Shown: positions 63,776-64,000 of the stretch, in pieces
How positions within the stretch are numbered: the stretch's first letter is position 1
How the letters are laid out: each line of letters starts with the position of its first letter
Origin: Negaprion brevirostris
Lineage: Eukaryota
Assembly: GCA_030324005.1 (NCBI GenBank)
Contig: JARDVH010000140.1
Location: 37,505,550 to 37,569,549, forward strand
Direction of reading: 5' to 3'
DNA: 64,000 bases
Made by a program: the position numbers and the translations under genes
The notes under the pieces: generated by a model
What the model was told of the DNA's origin: nothing
Database searches by the model: none
What the model saw: only the letters and a program-made list of their open reading frames with translations

Positions 63776-64000
63776 ACTGCCTAGTTGCTGAGACACTCAT
63801 CAAAGAGAAGTGATGGATATCAGTCATGGCCTTACAAACCAACTCTCCTCAGAGAAATGTTTGCCAATCCCAGGCAAAAATGATTCCACAGAAAGACCAG
63901 GAAATGGAAATGAGACTGCACTAACAGTTGGCTNNNNNNNNNNNNNNNNNNNNNNNNNNNNNNNNNNTTTTAGATTAGGCTGTTTTCCAGTGAACTCGTA

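Overview
This is vertebrate genomic DNA, most likely from a shark or ray (HE1-type V-SINEs, DeuSINEs, abundant CR1, Penelope and Rex1 elements), in a draft assembly with several N runs. The backbone is ten consecutive minus-strand coding exons of HIP1 (huntingtin-interacting protein 1), about exons 9-18 by human numbering from memory. They run from the end of the ANTH domain through the DPF/clathrin-binding region into the coiled coil. They splice into one open frame, with one GC-AG intron and one exon partly hidden by Ns. The main surprise is inside the 17-kb HIP1 intron at 25515-42520. It contains, on the opposite strand, a CpG-island promoter plus the first three intact, intron-separated coding exons of cyclin C (CCNC), which end at a 100-N gap. 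This is either a real nested or segmentally duplicated CCNC 5' end or a chimeric contig. The introns also hold a decayed Gypsy LTR element with a tRNA-Leu primer binding site, Penelope termini with hammerhead-ribozyme-like cores (including a TSD-flanked fold-back), an antisense 28S rRNA fragment inside a SINE, minisatellites and candidate cryptic exons. Family assignments come from motif recognition only; no searches were run, and repeat boundaries are approximate.
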